A DNA stretch of 64,000 nucleotides from Octopus sinensis (GCF_006345805.1 NC_043012.1:20894001-20958000); one strand, 5' to 3'. Positions 1 to 14,205 are shown, counted from the stretch's first letter. Notes: generated by a model from the sequence alone, not told the origin. Program-made: numbers and translations.

Positions 1-117
<117 letters not shown>

Positions 118-1984
118 GACTACAAAAAGGCGTTTGATAGCATCCCCCACACATGGATCCTCGAAACACTAGCCATTAACAAAGTAGCACCAACAATCAT
201 AAAATTCATAGAGCACTCTATGAATAAATGGCAAACAGTCCTACACCTCCAAACAAAAGAGGGACTCATGAAAACCAAAGACATCCCCATTAGAAGAGGA
301 ATATTCCAGGGAGACACGCTCTCTCCACTCCTTTTCTGCTTGGCACTGTCACCTCTATCTGATATGCTAAATAGAACTGGATGCGGATATAAATGTTACG
401 GCAAAACGATCAGCCACCTTTTATATATGGATGACCTAAAACTATACGCTGCAAATGACAAACAGCTGGAAACACTATTAAAGACAGTTCATGGATTTAC
501 CAAAGAAATAGATATGAAATTTGGATTAGAAAAATGCGCCAAAGTAACCATGAAAAGAGGAAAACTAGTTAAGAGTAACAACATCACACTAGATAAAACC
601 AATGAAATAAAAGAATTAGACCAAAACCAAACTTACAAATACTTAGGAATCCATGAACTAGATAAGACACAACACACACAAATGAAAGAGAAAATAAAAA
701 AGAATATTATAGACGAGTTAGATCAATACTAAACACAGAGCTCAATGCTAAAAACAAGATAATAGGTATCAACACTTTAGCTGTCCCAGTTATAAGTTAC
801 AGCTACAATATCCTTAACTGGACACGAAATGAACTGACCAAAATAGATAGGAAAACAAGAAAAATAATGACACGATCTAGGATGCATCACCCAAAATCTG
901 ACATAGAAAGACTATATATACAACGTATAGAAGGTGGTAGAGGCCTTATACAGCTGGAAAACTACTATAAAATAACCACCATAGGACTGCAAAAATATCT
1001 ACTTCAGAAGGAAGGAAAACTGATCCAGATAGCGGCAAAACACGAGCAAAACAAAAGACTGTTCTCAGTATTTAAGGAAGCTGACAAATACAAACAAGAA
1101 ATCATACCACCTAATAAACATGAAGAAGAAGAAGAAGAAGATGGAGAAACAACAAAAGCTATAAAACAAATGAAATCCAAACTAAAAATAGAACAGCAAC
1201 GAACCATGATAAAACGATGGAAAGAAAAGCCCCTTCATGGTAAATACTGCACTAAACTAAACGCAAAAGAAATAGACAAAGAAAAATCCCAGCAATGGTT
1301 GAGAAGCTCAGGACTCAAAGCAGAAACAGAGGGATTTTTAATTGCAGCACAAGACCAAAGCCTCCCCACCAGAAATTACCAAAACCATGTAATGAAAAGA
1401 AATATTACAAGTAACTGCAGAATATGTGGAGATGGACAAGAAACAATAAATCATATTATCTCTAGCTGCCCAGTCCTGGCTAAGAAGGAATATATTCACA
1501 GACATGACAGAGTTGGAACTTACATACATTGGAAGCTATGCCAACTTTATGGAATAACAACAGAAAAAAGATGGTATAGGCACACACCAGAAAAGGTCAC
1601 AGAAAACGAGAAAGCAACCATACTCTGGGATATGCCGATACACACAGATAGAGAAATTAAGGCCAACAGACCAGATATAGTTGTCAGAGATCATGAAGAA
1701 AAAAATGCTTTCTAATTGATGTATCAATACCGGCAGATGGCAACGTGTCTCTAAAAGAAATGGAGAAACTCTCAAAATACAAAGACCTGGAAATAGAGAT
1801 AACTAGAATGTGGAATCTGAAAACAGAAACAATTCCTATCATAGTAGGTGCATTAGGCATGATAAAAAAATATTCAGACAAATACATAACAAAAACACCA
1901 GGACTTACAAACACATATAACATACAGAAAATTGCACTACTAGGCACTGCACACATCCTACGCAGAACACTTTCCATACAATAA
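118..1984 (+). pseudogene. RT-zinc finger-REL endonuclease ORF with two -1 frameshifts and no in-frame stops
   Basis: ORFs 220-732, 867-1715 and 1745-1984 join into one frame if one A is added to the A-runs at 696-701 and 1699-1705. The sister copy at ~30921 has 8 A at the second run. Confidence 0.88.
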
Positions 1985-2081
1985 CCATCAGAGCATCACA
2001 ACAAATCACAGCACATACCCAAGGCACACAGAGCTGCGCTCGGTAGTGAAGTGAAAGCACGCTATAAAAATAAAACTACTG
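118..2081 (+). mobile_element. 5'-truncated R4/Dong-clade non-LTR retrotransposon (REL endonuclease), family A
   Basis: Starts at the RT motif DYKKAFDSIPH (118). Then GIFQGDTLSPLLF, LYMDD, YKYLG, RMHHPKSD, CCHC finger CRICGDGQETINHIISSC, and REL motifs RHD, KANRPDIVV, LIDVSIP, KLSKYKDL. Stop at 1984, ~97-bp 3'UTR ending AAAATAAAACTACTG, then (AAT)n. Confidence 0.93.
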
Positions 2082-2117
2082 AATAATAATAACAACAACA
2101 ACAACAACAACAACAAC

Positions 2118-2176
<59 letters not shown>
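2082..2176 (+). repeat. (AAT)n/(AAC)n 3' tail/target of the Dong-like element
   Basis: Direct reading. Confidence 0.95.
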
Positions 2177-2177
<1 letters not shown>

Positions 2178-2388
2178 CCTTTCTGCTATAGCCAAAAGGC
2201 CTTAAATTTGGGGGAGGGATAATCGATTTCATCGACCCCAATGTTTCACTGGTACTTAATTTATCGACTCCGAAAGGATGAACGGTAAAGTCGACCTCGG
2301 ACGAATTTGAACTCAGAACATGAAGACAGACGAAATGCCGCTATGCATTTCGTCCAGCGTGCTAACGATTCTGCCAGCTCGCCACCTT
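2177..2388 (-). mobile_element. tRNA-derived SINE family A, tail type 2
   Basis: Minus strand: GGCGAGCTGGCAGAATCGTTAGC (A-box-like), GAGTTCAAATT (B-box-like), core GTCGACTTT..TTCATCCTTTCGGAGTCGATAAATTAAGTACCAG, tail ..GGCCTTTTGGCTATAGCAGAAAGGG. Matches other copies in the window. Confidence 0.85.
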
Positions 2389-3219
2389 CATAATAATAAT
2401 AATAATAACAACAACAGCAACAGCAACAGCAACAGCAATGGTGATGATAATGTGGAAAGGAGGAGACTTTCTACCATAAATACTGATTATGAACAACAAC
2501 AACAAGAAACATAACAGATAAAATGATATTAGTAAGTATTACCATTGTTGTTCTCGCTGCTATTAATATTTATTGTTGATGTTGTTGTTGTTGTCACTGT
2601 TAATAATAATAATTACTTATTACTGGTAATTTACTTTTGTACTCTTAATTTTTATGTACTCACATTTTTCCTTTTGTAATGTATTAATGCATAAAAGCTT
2701 TTCTACTCATTTCCATCTCCTTCGCCTTCTCTCTTTTCCTCTCTCTTCACCTCTCTAATCAATCCTGTCTCTCTCACCGCATCACTCTTTCCCCGTTTCT
2801 CTCTATTTCTTTCTCTTTATCTCTTCTCATTCAGCTTCCACTACTATGTCTTTTTTTTTTACTTTTGCTTTTTGTTTTGGCGGTTGGGTTTGCATTATCT
2901 CTATATTCTGACTCACTTCTCTCTTTTCATTACAGTTTTCCCTCGTAAAACATTCAAATAATGGAAATATATACACATAATTTTCACTCGTTGTTTTGTT
3001 TCTGTTTCTTTTTTAATCGTAGTTCTTGATGTTGCTGCTGTATTTACCTTCCATTCTTCTAATATTACATATATCCTCTTTCATAATTTATATTATTCGA
3101 CTTATTAATACAGATCTCTACATACTGAAAAACATTTCAAAACTTAATTACACTTATTGAATTTTATTTTCCGATTTATTATTACATTACGTGTACCATC
3201 ATTCTAATTTTCATTCTTC

Positions 3220-3247
3220 TCCTTTCTTCTTCTTCTTCTTCTTCTTC

Positions 3248-3298
<51 letters not shown>

Positions 3299-3458
3299 GT
3301 ATCATTATTATTAGTAGTATTATTGTTATTATTATTATTATTATTATTATTGTTATTATTATTATTATTACTATTAGTATTGTTGTTGCTGCTGTTATTA
3401 TTATCGTTATTTTAAAAAATATGAAGAATTCATATTTAATTGCGTTTATATATTATAT

Positions 3459-3494
<36 letters not shown>

Positions 3495-3548
3495 AATACA
3501 CACACATATATATATATACATACATATATACATATATACACATACATA

Positions 3549-3586
<38 letters not shown>

Positions 3587-3625
3587 CATGCATATATATA
3601 CATTCATACAGATACATACATATAT

Positions 3626-3685
<60 letters not shown>

Positions 3686-3770
3686 TTATATGCATATGAC
3701 TGTGTATATGTGCGTGTGTGAGTGAGAGTATGTGCGTGTGTGTCTGTCTGTGTGTCTGTGTGTTTGAGTG
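3220..3770. repeat. Compound microsatellites (CTT)n(TTA)n and (TA)n/(TG)n
   Basis: Direct reading; source of the poly-L and poly-YI ORFs. Confidence 0.95.
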
Positions 3771-4132
3771 AATCGCATATTTATATGCATATATATATGT
3801 ACAATCATTGTTATTGCTCGGGAATCACTCCAGCAATCATCAATGCATTATTATTTTGCTACAATGTTTTATAATTTTCTATTTATTTTTCAACTCATAT
3901 GCCCTGCTATTGTTATCAGCATTTAGTTCTCTTGTACCAAAACCAAAGACCTTTGAATGCATTGCAAATCATTCAGGATATTAATTCTCTTACGTAAATT
4001 CCTAGAGAGCCGAGTTCCTATGTGATTTCTCTACGTCTTTGTCGGTCTTCATTTCTCTGCTTATCATTTTATAAGCGTCTCTCCTCATACCTACACTCGC
4101 CACACCTACACCCACACACATACATTTATATA

Positions 4133-5300
4133 CAGTGGGGGAAAATAAATATTCGTATATGTCGAAATTCTTTATCTATCTAATTTCTAATGAACATAAA
4201 TGGGATATACCAATACTATATTTGCATACATATGCATAAACTAAGAATATGCAAAAGAAACTAATAAATCATAGTTACTAAGGAATTTATATACAATTAT
4301 AAATATTTAGGGGTGAAAAAAGTATTCGTCCAAAACATAAATAACTGATAATTCTGATTTAATGCTTCGTAGCATAACCATTATTCAGTTCCACTTCAAC
4401 AAATGTCTTCTTGTAGTTCTTAATCACTGAATCGCATGTTTCTTTAGGATTTTTTCCCATTCTTCTTGACAAATTTTCCTCAAATCTAGAATGCACGTTG
4501 GGGCTCTTGAATGAATTTTAATTTTCAAATAACGCCACAAATTTTCAATGGGGTTCAAGTCAGGTGACTGGCTTGGCCATTCTAATAACTTTTTATTGTG
4601 ATCGACAATCCAATTTTTGGTAGACTTCGCCGTGTGCTTAGGGTCGTTATCCTATTGTAAAACCCACCCTTCACAAAGCTGGAGCGTTTCTACAGAGTTC
4701 CATAAATTATTGTTCAAAATATTTTGGTACATCTCTGCATTCATTCCACCCTCTATCACATGTAAATTGCCAGTGCCGTTTGCAGAGACACCCCCACACA
4801 CACACACACCATGATGTTACCACCTCCAAATTTTATGGTAGGAATTGTGTTTTTCAGCGAACAGGCAGTACCATCTTTCCTCCAGACATGGCAACGCGAA
4901 CTTCCTCCAAACAATTCAATTTTCGACTCGTTTGTCCATAGAACATTTACCCAGAATGTATCAGGTTTATCTTTATGTTCATAAACAAATTTTAAACGGG
5001 CATCTCTATGCCTTTTAGTCAACAGCAGAGTTTTTCTAAGAGAGCGTGACTTCAGTTCATTACTATGAAGTTCGTTGCTGATTGTTTACAGTGCAACACT
5101 AGTCCCTGAAGCTAACAAACCTTTTTGCAACTCCTTTCTGGTGATCATTGCGTTTTTTTCCGATGCTTCACTTCATTTTACTTAAAGACCTATGGGAAAT
5201 GTTGCATGGTGCATTGGATCTTATTCTGTTTTCAACAGTTCCACGTATATTATGCTTACATTTTATTCAGGTTTTCACTGGAAAATTCTGCCAATACACC
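4133..5300 (-). mobile_element. Tc1-family (DD34E) DNA transposon relic, right end intact, left end missing
   Basis: Minus-strand frames give ARLKF..WxNVLWTNESKIELFG (first D mutated to N), GGGNIMV(W)GC, LQ*DNDPKH then 34 residues to SPDLNPIE, and C-terminus NNGYATKH* (4359). TA|CAGTGGGGGAAAATAAATATTCG terminus at 4131-4155. Confidence 0.9.
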
Positions 5301-5740
5301 TTTTATTTTATTATGAGTGACTATGTATATTTTTATGCATGCATGTATGTATGTATTATGCATACATACATGGGCATCTGTGTGCATGAGTGTGTGTGTT
5401 AGATTAAGTTGGAGCAAACTTAAATTTTAGATGTCACTGTAAGTATAAGCTGGCAAATTGAATACGGAAGGTAATTAAAAACTTCTGTGTTTTAATGCAA
5501 TCCATCGGTAGGGGGGATTCAACGATAGGTCTGACCGGTTTCAATCATTAACACCATCTCTGCAGGACCCGAGTACACGCGCTTGTGCTGTTGAGTTTAA
5601 TTTAGTTTAATTATAGTCATATATCGTCTAATTCATAGATCAATGAACTAAAGTGTAAAATTTATATTATCAAAAAATTATTTTAAATAATAAGTTCAAC
5701 TGATTAGAACTACCAGTGAAGTCATTCTTTTTCTGATATA

Positions 5741-5909
5741 TATATATGAATAAATGAAAGAATGCAGTCGAACGAAGATGTTAACAAAATTCCTTTACTC
5801 TCGACATATGTTTCGAAGACAACATGCTTTCATTCCAAAGTAATGTCGAGAGTAAAGGAATTTTGTTAACATCTTCGTTCAACTCCATTCTTTCATTTAT
5901 TCATATATA
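5741..5909. repeat. Fold-back element, 67-bp arms (2 mismatches), 35-nt loop
   Basis: 5741-5807 is the reverse complement of 5843-5909. The loop contains GTTTCGAAG. Confidence 0.9.
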
Positions 5910-6052
5910 ACACACAAATTTCTGCACATGAACCCGGATTTTCTACCCTTGGACAGGTCGCTTCAACCGTGTTTCTGACGTGAATTTGCTACCCTGGTAT
6001 CGGTTCAACGAATTTTCCATGCTGACGATAAACATAGGATAATTCATTCACC

Positions 6053-6113
<61 letters not shown>

Positions 6114-6795
6114 TATATATATATACACGAGTCCAAAATGGCGAAGTAGTATTGATTAATGTGTTATAGCTGTTTCTGAGATGTCTCAGGTAGTGGGTCA
6201 ACAATAAACTCATGCGGGTCATTTTTCTTATACGCAACCTACTTAATCACTTTCTCCAGTCTGAATACATCGCTCAGAATACCGTCTGGATTTAGCTGGG
6301 TTTATACTTGTGAGGCCAGACCTTCACGGAAATACTGACCACCCTCCATACCCACCGGAATAAGATGAACTGAGAACTTTATTCTAGTATCTTTATTTTT
6401 TCATCTACTGTTTTATTCTTCTATATACTGTGTGTGTGAGGGAGAGAGACAGAGAGACAGAGACAGAATGAGAGAGCGAGAGAGAGAGAGAGAGAGAGAG
6501 AGAACAGACACACAGACAAAGAGAGAAATGTGCGATCGTACGTGAAAAATAAGTTGGAGAAAATGGTACTAGTAAAACCAATGCTAGATTGAACGAAAGC
6601 GTTTTCTGCTTGCTGAAAAATATCTCACACTTTTACTCCAATTTTCATGTAACTGATCTTCAAACCGGAGTGAAATTCAATTTGTTCAACAGTTTCGACT
6701 GTAATAAAACATCATATAAATGTGTATGTGTGTGTGTGTATGTATGCAGGTTTGTATGTATGTTGGTATGTATGCATGCAGGCGTATATGTAAGC

Positions 6796-6956
6796 ATAGG
6801 CACTGACGTGGCTGTGTGGTAAGAAGCTTGCTTCTCCACCACAAGGTTTTGGCTTCAGTCCCACCGCTTGGCACCTTGCACAAGTATCTCCTACCGTAAC
6901 GCCGGGGTGACCAAATCCTTGTGAGTGGATTTGGCAGAAACTGAACGAAGCCTGTC

Positions 6957-7002
<46 letters not shown>

Positions 7003-7235
7003 GTGTGTATGTGTGTGTCTATGTATGCATGTGTGTTTCTTTATGTCTGCGTTTGTCACTCTCCACCACTTGACAACTGTTGGTGTGTTTAAGTCCATGT
7101 AACTTAGCGGTTCGGCAAAAGTGACTAATACAGTAAGTAGTAGGCTTTAAAATATAAGTAAGGTCTGTGGTCGATTCGTTCGACTGAAACTTTTGAAGGC
7201 CCCAGCATGGCCGCAGTCAAATGACTGAAACCGGT
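6796..7235 (+). mobile_element. tRNA-derived SINE family B with internal (TA)n/(TG)n
   Basis: Head GTGGCTGTGTGGTAAGAAGCTTGC..TTCAGTCCC, CACCTTG(G)CAAG core, tail GCATGGCCGCAGTCAAATGACTGAAAC shared with 15056, 52491 and 53155. Confidence 0.85.
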
Positions 7236-7937
7236 AGAGCATAGAAATAGAAAAGCAGGTGGATGAATATGAGATATGTTTGCGTTGGAACTCAGAGGAA
7301 GAGAATAACAAATTAAAACACAGAAAATGTGTTAATGAAAACTAAATAACTGAGGGCAGACATCATGACACACTAAATGCCTGACACATTGGGGGAGAAA
7401 AAAAACAACAACTAAACCACAGAGAAAGCATAAAACGCAGTGTTGTTTTATTTGCTTCGTAGGTTTTTTTTTGTGTACGTGAAAGTACTTCAGATCTAAA
7501 CCATTAAAGCATTAAAAAGAATTAATTCTGTCTTGAGGTTAGATGCACTGTTAATAAGCAGTTAATAGAAAGCATAGGTAAATATTCTTCGGATATTGTT
7601 GACAATTCATATATTTGTGTATATATGTACAAACACACACATGTTTGTGTGTGTTTATGTGTGTGTGTGTGTTTCTGTGCATGTGTGTGTTTATGTGTGT
7701 TCGTGTCTGTGTGTGGGTACATACTTTCTTATGGATTGCTGAATAGCTCTGTCAAATTACCAGGAATTTTTCTAAGTGAGCTGTTTTGCCAAAGAAACAC
7801 GTAGGTACTTCTAATTAATTTGCCGAGATATATTTGATCCCGTCTGTATTATATTGCTACATATATACACGCATATGGTTACATATGCATAAAAACATAT
7901 AAATGTTTATATTTTCTTATAAATATGCAATCACACA

Positions 7938-7968
<31 letters not shown>

Positions 7969-10183
7969 GCGCGTTGATACTAACAAGGTTTCCTTTGAAA
8001 TACAGTTTGTGACAGCAAGAATTGCTGCTATCACATTTGGCTGTCAGAAATTGTTGAATTCAAAATATATTGTCCTCTTAAATATGGACTATTCAGCTGC
8101 ACTATTGCGTAGTTTGTGGTGTATCTAAATAGATTCTACTAGGTTCTTGTACAGAATGAAATATTTAATGATAAGATACATTAGTACATGTTGAAGGGAA
8201 GTCTACTAATTTGCTAGAGAAATGTCATTTGTTCGTTATTGTTTCCGGTTCTCTGTACGTATCGAGGAGTCATATTAATCGGACTAGATGTCAGGAAGGG
8301 GCTCGTTTCTACATGCATAATGGAATCTATAAGAAAGCGATTTAAAAATATTGTGTCTGTGTCTGTTTCTGATGCAAACCTTTTCGATGAAGATTGAAAA
8401 CAGGCGGCTTCTGAAAAGTAATTGTGAGTTTCATTACAACACACTGAAAGATGTACGAATCTGTCCATTGATCTCTGTATAATCGTGCAACAAACTGGAT
8501 GGCATTGGATAAATACCTGACGGTGAGGGTAAGTGGTTGCCTACATCGAGACGTTTCGAACAAATGTCTTCATCCATAGTTTAACCGACCGACATACTTA
8601 TGTGCGTAGTTTCATTTATTGGTATATGTATGGTTTGATAATAGGTGCAAAACATTTGATGCTAAGTGTTGTCGGTGTAACTTCGACCGGATATTCTAGG
8701 CATTCAAAGAGAGAGAGAGAGTTGATCTATAAGAAAAAAGTATTGCTTCGATTAGTCTTACGATTAGTCTTACGATTATGTTTGGCAGATTAAATATTAG
8801 AATTAGAAATGATCATTGGTCTTTCTCGAGTATGTTTTTAACATCCGTATGAGGGTCAATCATATAAATATGTAAGGAAGCTGTTACAGACAGTCCAGGA
8901 TGCCAACTACTTCAGAAAATCATTGTCAGTCCCGAAGAAATGCGAAAGCTAATGGTTACAGAAAGATGGGGACAGATAACGAGGATTTAAAATAAATGTT
9001 TTCAATACTGAAAACGATATAATTAAGTTGCTGGTAGCTGAAAAAACTTCAGAAAGCTACAAATATTGGATGTAAAGTTTAGAGAAGTGAGATCTGGGCA
9101 AGAATAACTAAGTTTAAGCGAAAATATTCCGTGGAAGTAATTGACAAAGGAGATTTTTACCTAGCTGCAGACTACTTGAAATAAATTGTACTTTAGATAG
9201 AAGCGAATGGGTTACAGACAGAATATATATTTTTTCCTCAACAGAAAAATACAAGGTATGTAGGAGTTGATGTATCGGATCAATACTAGACAAAACTACC
9301 GTATATTAGTGTTGAAACATTTCCATAACTCTACAGACTGTTTCCATAAAATAATGGTTTCATTCAATTATGCACTATTAACCGGTATTTTGAAAGACGG
9401 GTAATGTTATGTCGCGCTGTTCATTCAGTATTTTCCAAACAGTATTAAAGGCATACGTGAACTGAAAAAGTCTCTACTGTTCATTAAAGAACGTTGATAT
9501 CTCAGTTTGCCGGAAGCTATATATTTTTTCCTATATACCATTGGCCACAAGATATGAGGTTTAGAAATGTTATCATCTATAATGTATTTTGGTTTCGCCC
9601 TTCTTTTCTCAAAATAGACACTTATTTTAAAACTGATTTGGTTTGGAAGAAAATGGTTTTTTTCACCTTTATCATTGATCCCCATTAACAAATTTCACAA
9701 TCATAAATTTAAGCTAAAATCTGTGTAAGAGTGTTAATGTATGTATTTTCGTATTCCCGTATGTATTTCATGGGTGATTCTATGGCTGTGAGTGTGCAAA
9801 TAACCGTCAGTGTGTATGTGTTTATGGGCGTAAGTAAATTTAACTAAACCATTATAATCGGTGCAAAAGTATGCCACATACATCCGAGCAAGGATCTTTT
9901 TATTTTTGCTACGAGTTCAATGGGTGTTTGTGTGATTTGCAACTAATTACAAATGTAATAAGGTTTTCACACATATTTGCAAACGAGAGTCGATCAGTTT
10001 AATAAGTTTTTGCACATAAAGGCAGAAATATGCACTCTTTCATTTATATATGTTCATATGCACGCACTCACTCAGTCTATGTATGTATGTAATGTCGTGG
10101 TGTGTATGACTTGGGTATGACTTTAAACTGCATCATGAAGGGAGTCTCGGGTTCAATACTTCTAGGTACTGAGACACACACAT

Positions 10184-10214
<31 letters not shown>

Positions 10215-10585
10215 AATGCATGTATGGCGTTTTTATCTAGCGTATATGTTGTAAACAGGCGATGCGTGTATATGCGCGCAAGGGCGTGCATTTATCTTGT
10301 TTGTATGCAAGTGTACACGGATGATCTGCATAAATACGATAGTATGATATTAAATGGATGAAGCAAACTCCCTCCCTTGCTGCCCTGGATGGGATAACAA
10401 CTATTTAAATATCATCACCATCATAATTTCCATTGTCATTCTCCCTTCTTCATCATTATCATAATTAAAACTTGAAATCTTTATCATTTACTTCAGAATT
10501 ATTAACATGATAACAATTATTAACATTATTACAGATTAATCTTATCAGCGCAGCTGCTCTGGTTACTGCTGCCAGTATTATTGAA

Positions 10586-10817
10586 GGCGGCGAGCTGGCA
10601 GAAACGTTAGCACCCCGGGTTAAATGCTTAGTGGTATTTCGTCTGCGTAGACGTTGTGAGTTCAAATTCCGCCGAGGTCGACTTTGCCTTTCATCCTTTC
10701 GGTGTCGATAAATTAAGTACCAGTTACAAACTGGGGCCGATGTAATCGACTTAATACCTGTATCTGTCCTTGTTTGTCCCCTCTGTGTTTAGCTCTTTTG
10801 TGGGTAATAAAGAAATA
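10586..10817 (+). mobile_element. SINE family A, tail type 1
   Basis: Same head and core as 2177; tail ..GTCCTTGTTTGTCCCCTCTGTGTTTAGC..GTGGGTAATAAAGAAAT. Confidence 0.9.
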
Positions 10818-11345
10818 AGTATTATTGAAAGAAAGAATTACTGAAGTGTTAAATGTGTTTTGGCAACAGGAATATATTTAGCTTTTATCCAATACAGCCA
10901 TTTAACAGATAGTTACAGACGTTTTGTACTTTCCACGAAATATATTCGTGGACCAAGCAGCAGGTTTCACGCAGGAAAATCTCAGTAATTGCTACTGACT
11001 CGGGATGGGCGTGGCTGGAATACTTCCAATGGATATACCAGCGTTTACCTAGGAATAAAAAGTAACAACAACGACGGCAACGAAATACCTGCAGCTGATT
11101 TAAGTTGAAGATGTTTTTGCGCTTATTTCAAGATTATATTCATTCTGATATCTTCCTTATTGAAGCCAAACACACACACACACACACACACATGCGCGCG
11201 CGTGAGTGTACAGAGAAACAGACGCGCATATGTATGCGGGCGTGCAATTATTTTCACGGTAGTGCACTAGCATGACCGCAGCCGCATGGCTGAAACGAGT
11301 TAAAGAATAAAAGAATAAGAGAAAGGATACATATATATATATATA

Positions 11346-11384
<39 letters not shown>

Positions 11385-11466
11385 AGTGTGTGAGTGTGAT
11401 ATATATATATATATATATAATATATATATATTCACACACACACTGATATACATATATGTATATATT

Positions 11467-11565
<99 letters not shown>

Positions 11566-13266
11566 CATATATGTGTGCATATATATATATACATATATAC
11601 ATACATACATAAATACATACATACTATATACATATATAATGACGCACGTATGCACACATCGATTTCTCTTCAACAGTTATGAGGACAAATTTGCTGGGAA
11701 AAGGGGAAAAAAAAGCGAAATTGATTAAATGTTTTAAGTAGATTCTCGGTTCATATATATTACTATGTAAGGTGGAATAGAACATAAATTTGACCAAGTG
11801 TCACTTGAAATAGAGAAGTAGAGAGACGTGCCTTCATAGTACTTCATTTTAAAAATATAGATCTAAATTTATTTTCAGCTATTCATAATAAATGAAGAAA
11901 TTATATTTCAAAGAATATAGATTGCATATTGATTTCCTTTCGATTAAACAGAAGTATGTGTTGTTTAAAAGGACATATATAATTGATTAGGTACCATCAT
12001 TTCGACCCATCCGTCAGGTTATTGAGTCTAACATTTCTTGTTGCTGGTGATGAATAGGCGGCGGGGACGTATGTAGTGATGGAGGTGATGGTAGTGTTAG
12101 GGGGATGGTAGTGCTGAAGCTTTGATCTTGTAGTCAAGAGTATGGGTAGTGGTGGCAGTAATGTGGCGAGAGCGGCGCTGTTTTGCCCTAGATCATTCTA
12201 GAGATTAAGGAGACATAAAATCAAAAATACTTAATCTGAAACTGTGCCATCTTTATTTCTTCGTATACTTCGAAATACATTGTTTAACATACATTCCGTT
12301 TTAAAAAAAAATGTGAAGCGGTACTCTTTGATTCGAGGAAAATTTTGCTACTATTTTTAGTACAACATGAGATCATGAACCGGCTCGTTCAATAATTTGT
12401 TTCATAGAAGATGAAAATGACAGGACGGGTTATTCTTCCAATTTACCTATTTGCCATTTTATCTTGTTTTTATACTAATATAATCTCTACTGAAATCCAA
12501 CAGTGAGCAGCGTGGGTCGCGAGGGTGATGAGGATGGTCAACCTAGAGGTAGCGCTTTTATAGAGGAGGCCCATTGTGGTTCAGCCTATATACGGGGAGG
12601 GAACGGCTGAGACAAACCCAAGAGCTGCCCCTGTGCCGCCCACTTAAACTATACCACTATGTCTAACCAACGTCATATTCTCTTTGCAGTGAAGGTGACT
12701 GTCAATCATAAATCACATATACAAACATACATCCGTACACACAATCATTGATACACAAAGAATTATAACCGAACACGTATGTGGACTTGTGAAATTTATC
12801 AAGCAACTAACGAAGAAACCTACTTTACTTTATTATACAAAAATCTAGAAAATATGATCAAACGTTTCATTAACAATAAACTTAAGTTTTATTGAAATAC
12901 TTACTAACTTTTATAGCCTTACTCTATTGACATACCGATGGCTATATGTTGGGAAACTTTCTGTTCACCACTTTTATTGTTATTTAATATCACATTCTGT
13001 TTACAATCATAAAATTGCTTACAATAAAATATTTTGTGTGATGGTATAGAGAGTGTTCTACTTGGAAATCCCCCAGAATTTGCCTGGTTAAGAATTCATA
13101 CGGGTACGGAACATAGCAATGCAAATTCCAACCAGCATCTTGCTGAGGTTGTTTAAAAACTCAAAGCAAATACGCATAAAACATATCCAGAGGCACTAAA
13201 AACAAGATGAAGATAACTCTGATGTTATCTCCAACATAAAGCACAAGGAATATTCTCCTTCTTCAG

Positions 13267-13299
13267 TTGCCTCTGTTTCGGCTTCTCCGCGTTCCGAAG
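13267..13299 (+). CDS. Candidate 33-nt symmetric microexon (phase 1-1: xASVSASPRSEx)
   Basis: TATTCTCCTTCTTCAG| acceptor and AAG|GTAAGG donor; length divisible by 3. No partner exons identified. Confidence 0.22.
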
Positions 13300-14163
13300 G
13301 TAAGGACAAGACGCGACGTTGTTGAAACAGTCCTTCCCACATTGCAAATTAAATAAAATTTGGGATTTTTTGCGGAGGGGTAAAAGTGGTAACAAGAACA
13401 GGACAGTAAAAAAAAAACAAGACAGTAAAACCAATACAAATAAAAGCAGTAAAAGACAGGACAAGGAGAATAACACTATAAAAACAAATGATGAGGGTTG
13501 TTAAGCCGAGACGATGGAAAAATTATTTTGAACGCATTGAGAAGGCGGCTTACGAGAAGGACAGGATAAGCCGTGTTGACGGTAGAAGTCAGAAAGAAAG
13601 CTTCCCTTTGGTCACGTGTCAGTGACGAGAGGGAGGAGGCCATGTAAGAGAGAGGGAACGGTGAAAGGGAGAGGAGAAGAATAGGGAAGGGTGGGAGCAA
13701 AAACCAGAAAGGATGAAGAACAAGAGAGGGAGAGAGACAGACAGAAGGGCAAAAGCAAAGTTAAGAGTACGCATCATAATTATTAAGATAAAACTTACTT
13801 GGAAGTGGATGCGTGGTGTTCGATCATATAATAACAAAATATATTTATACATACTTTCATATATATATATATATATAGTATATATACATATACACACATA
13901 TATATATTATATATTTACATATACACATATATACATATATATTCACACACATAATCGTTACACATGCATGCATGCACCTATACATAGAAATGTATTTGTA
14001 TGCAATTCCAAAGCTCTCTACCTCTTTTCCTTTCCATTTATCTAGCAAGCTGTTCTATTCATGTCTCCCTTTCTCCTGCCTCCCTCCCTCTCTCTCCTTA
14101 CACACACACCAAGCACACACAAACACGCGACTAAATGCACCTAGTGTGTCTCAGAGTGTATGT

Positions 14164-14205
<42 letters not shown>

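Noticed and set aside
8400-8535. Exon ending at the strong donor AGG|GTAAGT (8529)
   Set aside because: No convincing acceptor; the phase-0 frame is closed by a stop shortly upstream, and the region loosely resembles a decayed RT.
8545-8585. Hammerhead-like UGGAUGA..GAAAC-GUC on the minus strand
   Set aside because: U4 is replaced by G and stem I does not form.
10586-10670. tRNA gene
   Set aside because: A/B-box-like motifs continue into a SINE core and tail, with no complete cloverleaf. The same applies to all similar heads.
13250-13290. GAAAC followed by CUGAAGA on the minus strand (type II hammerhead order)
   Set aside because: Only 8 nt lie between the boxes, too few for stems III and I.
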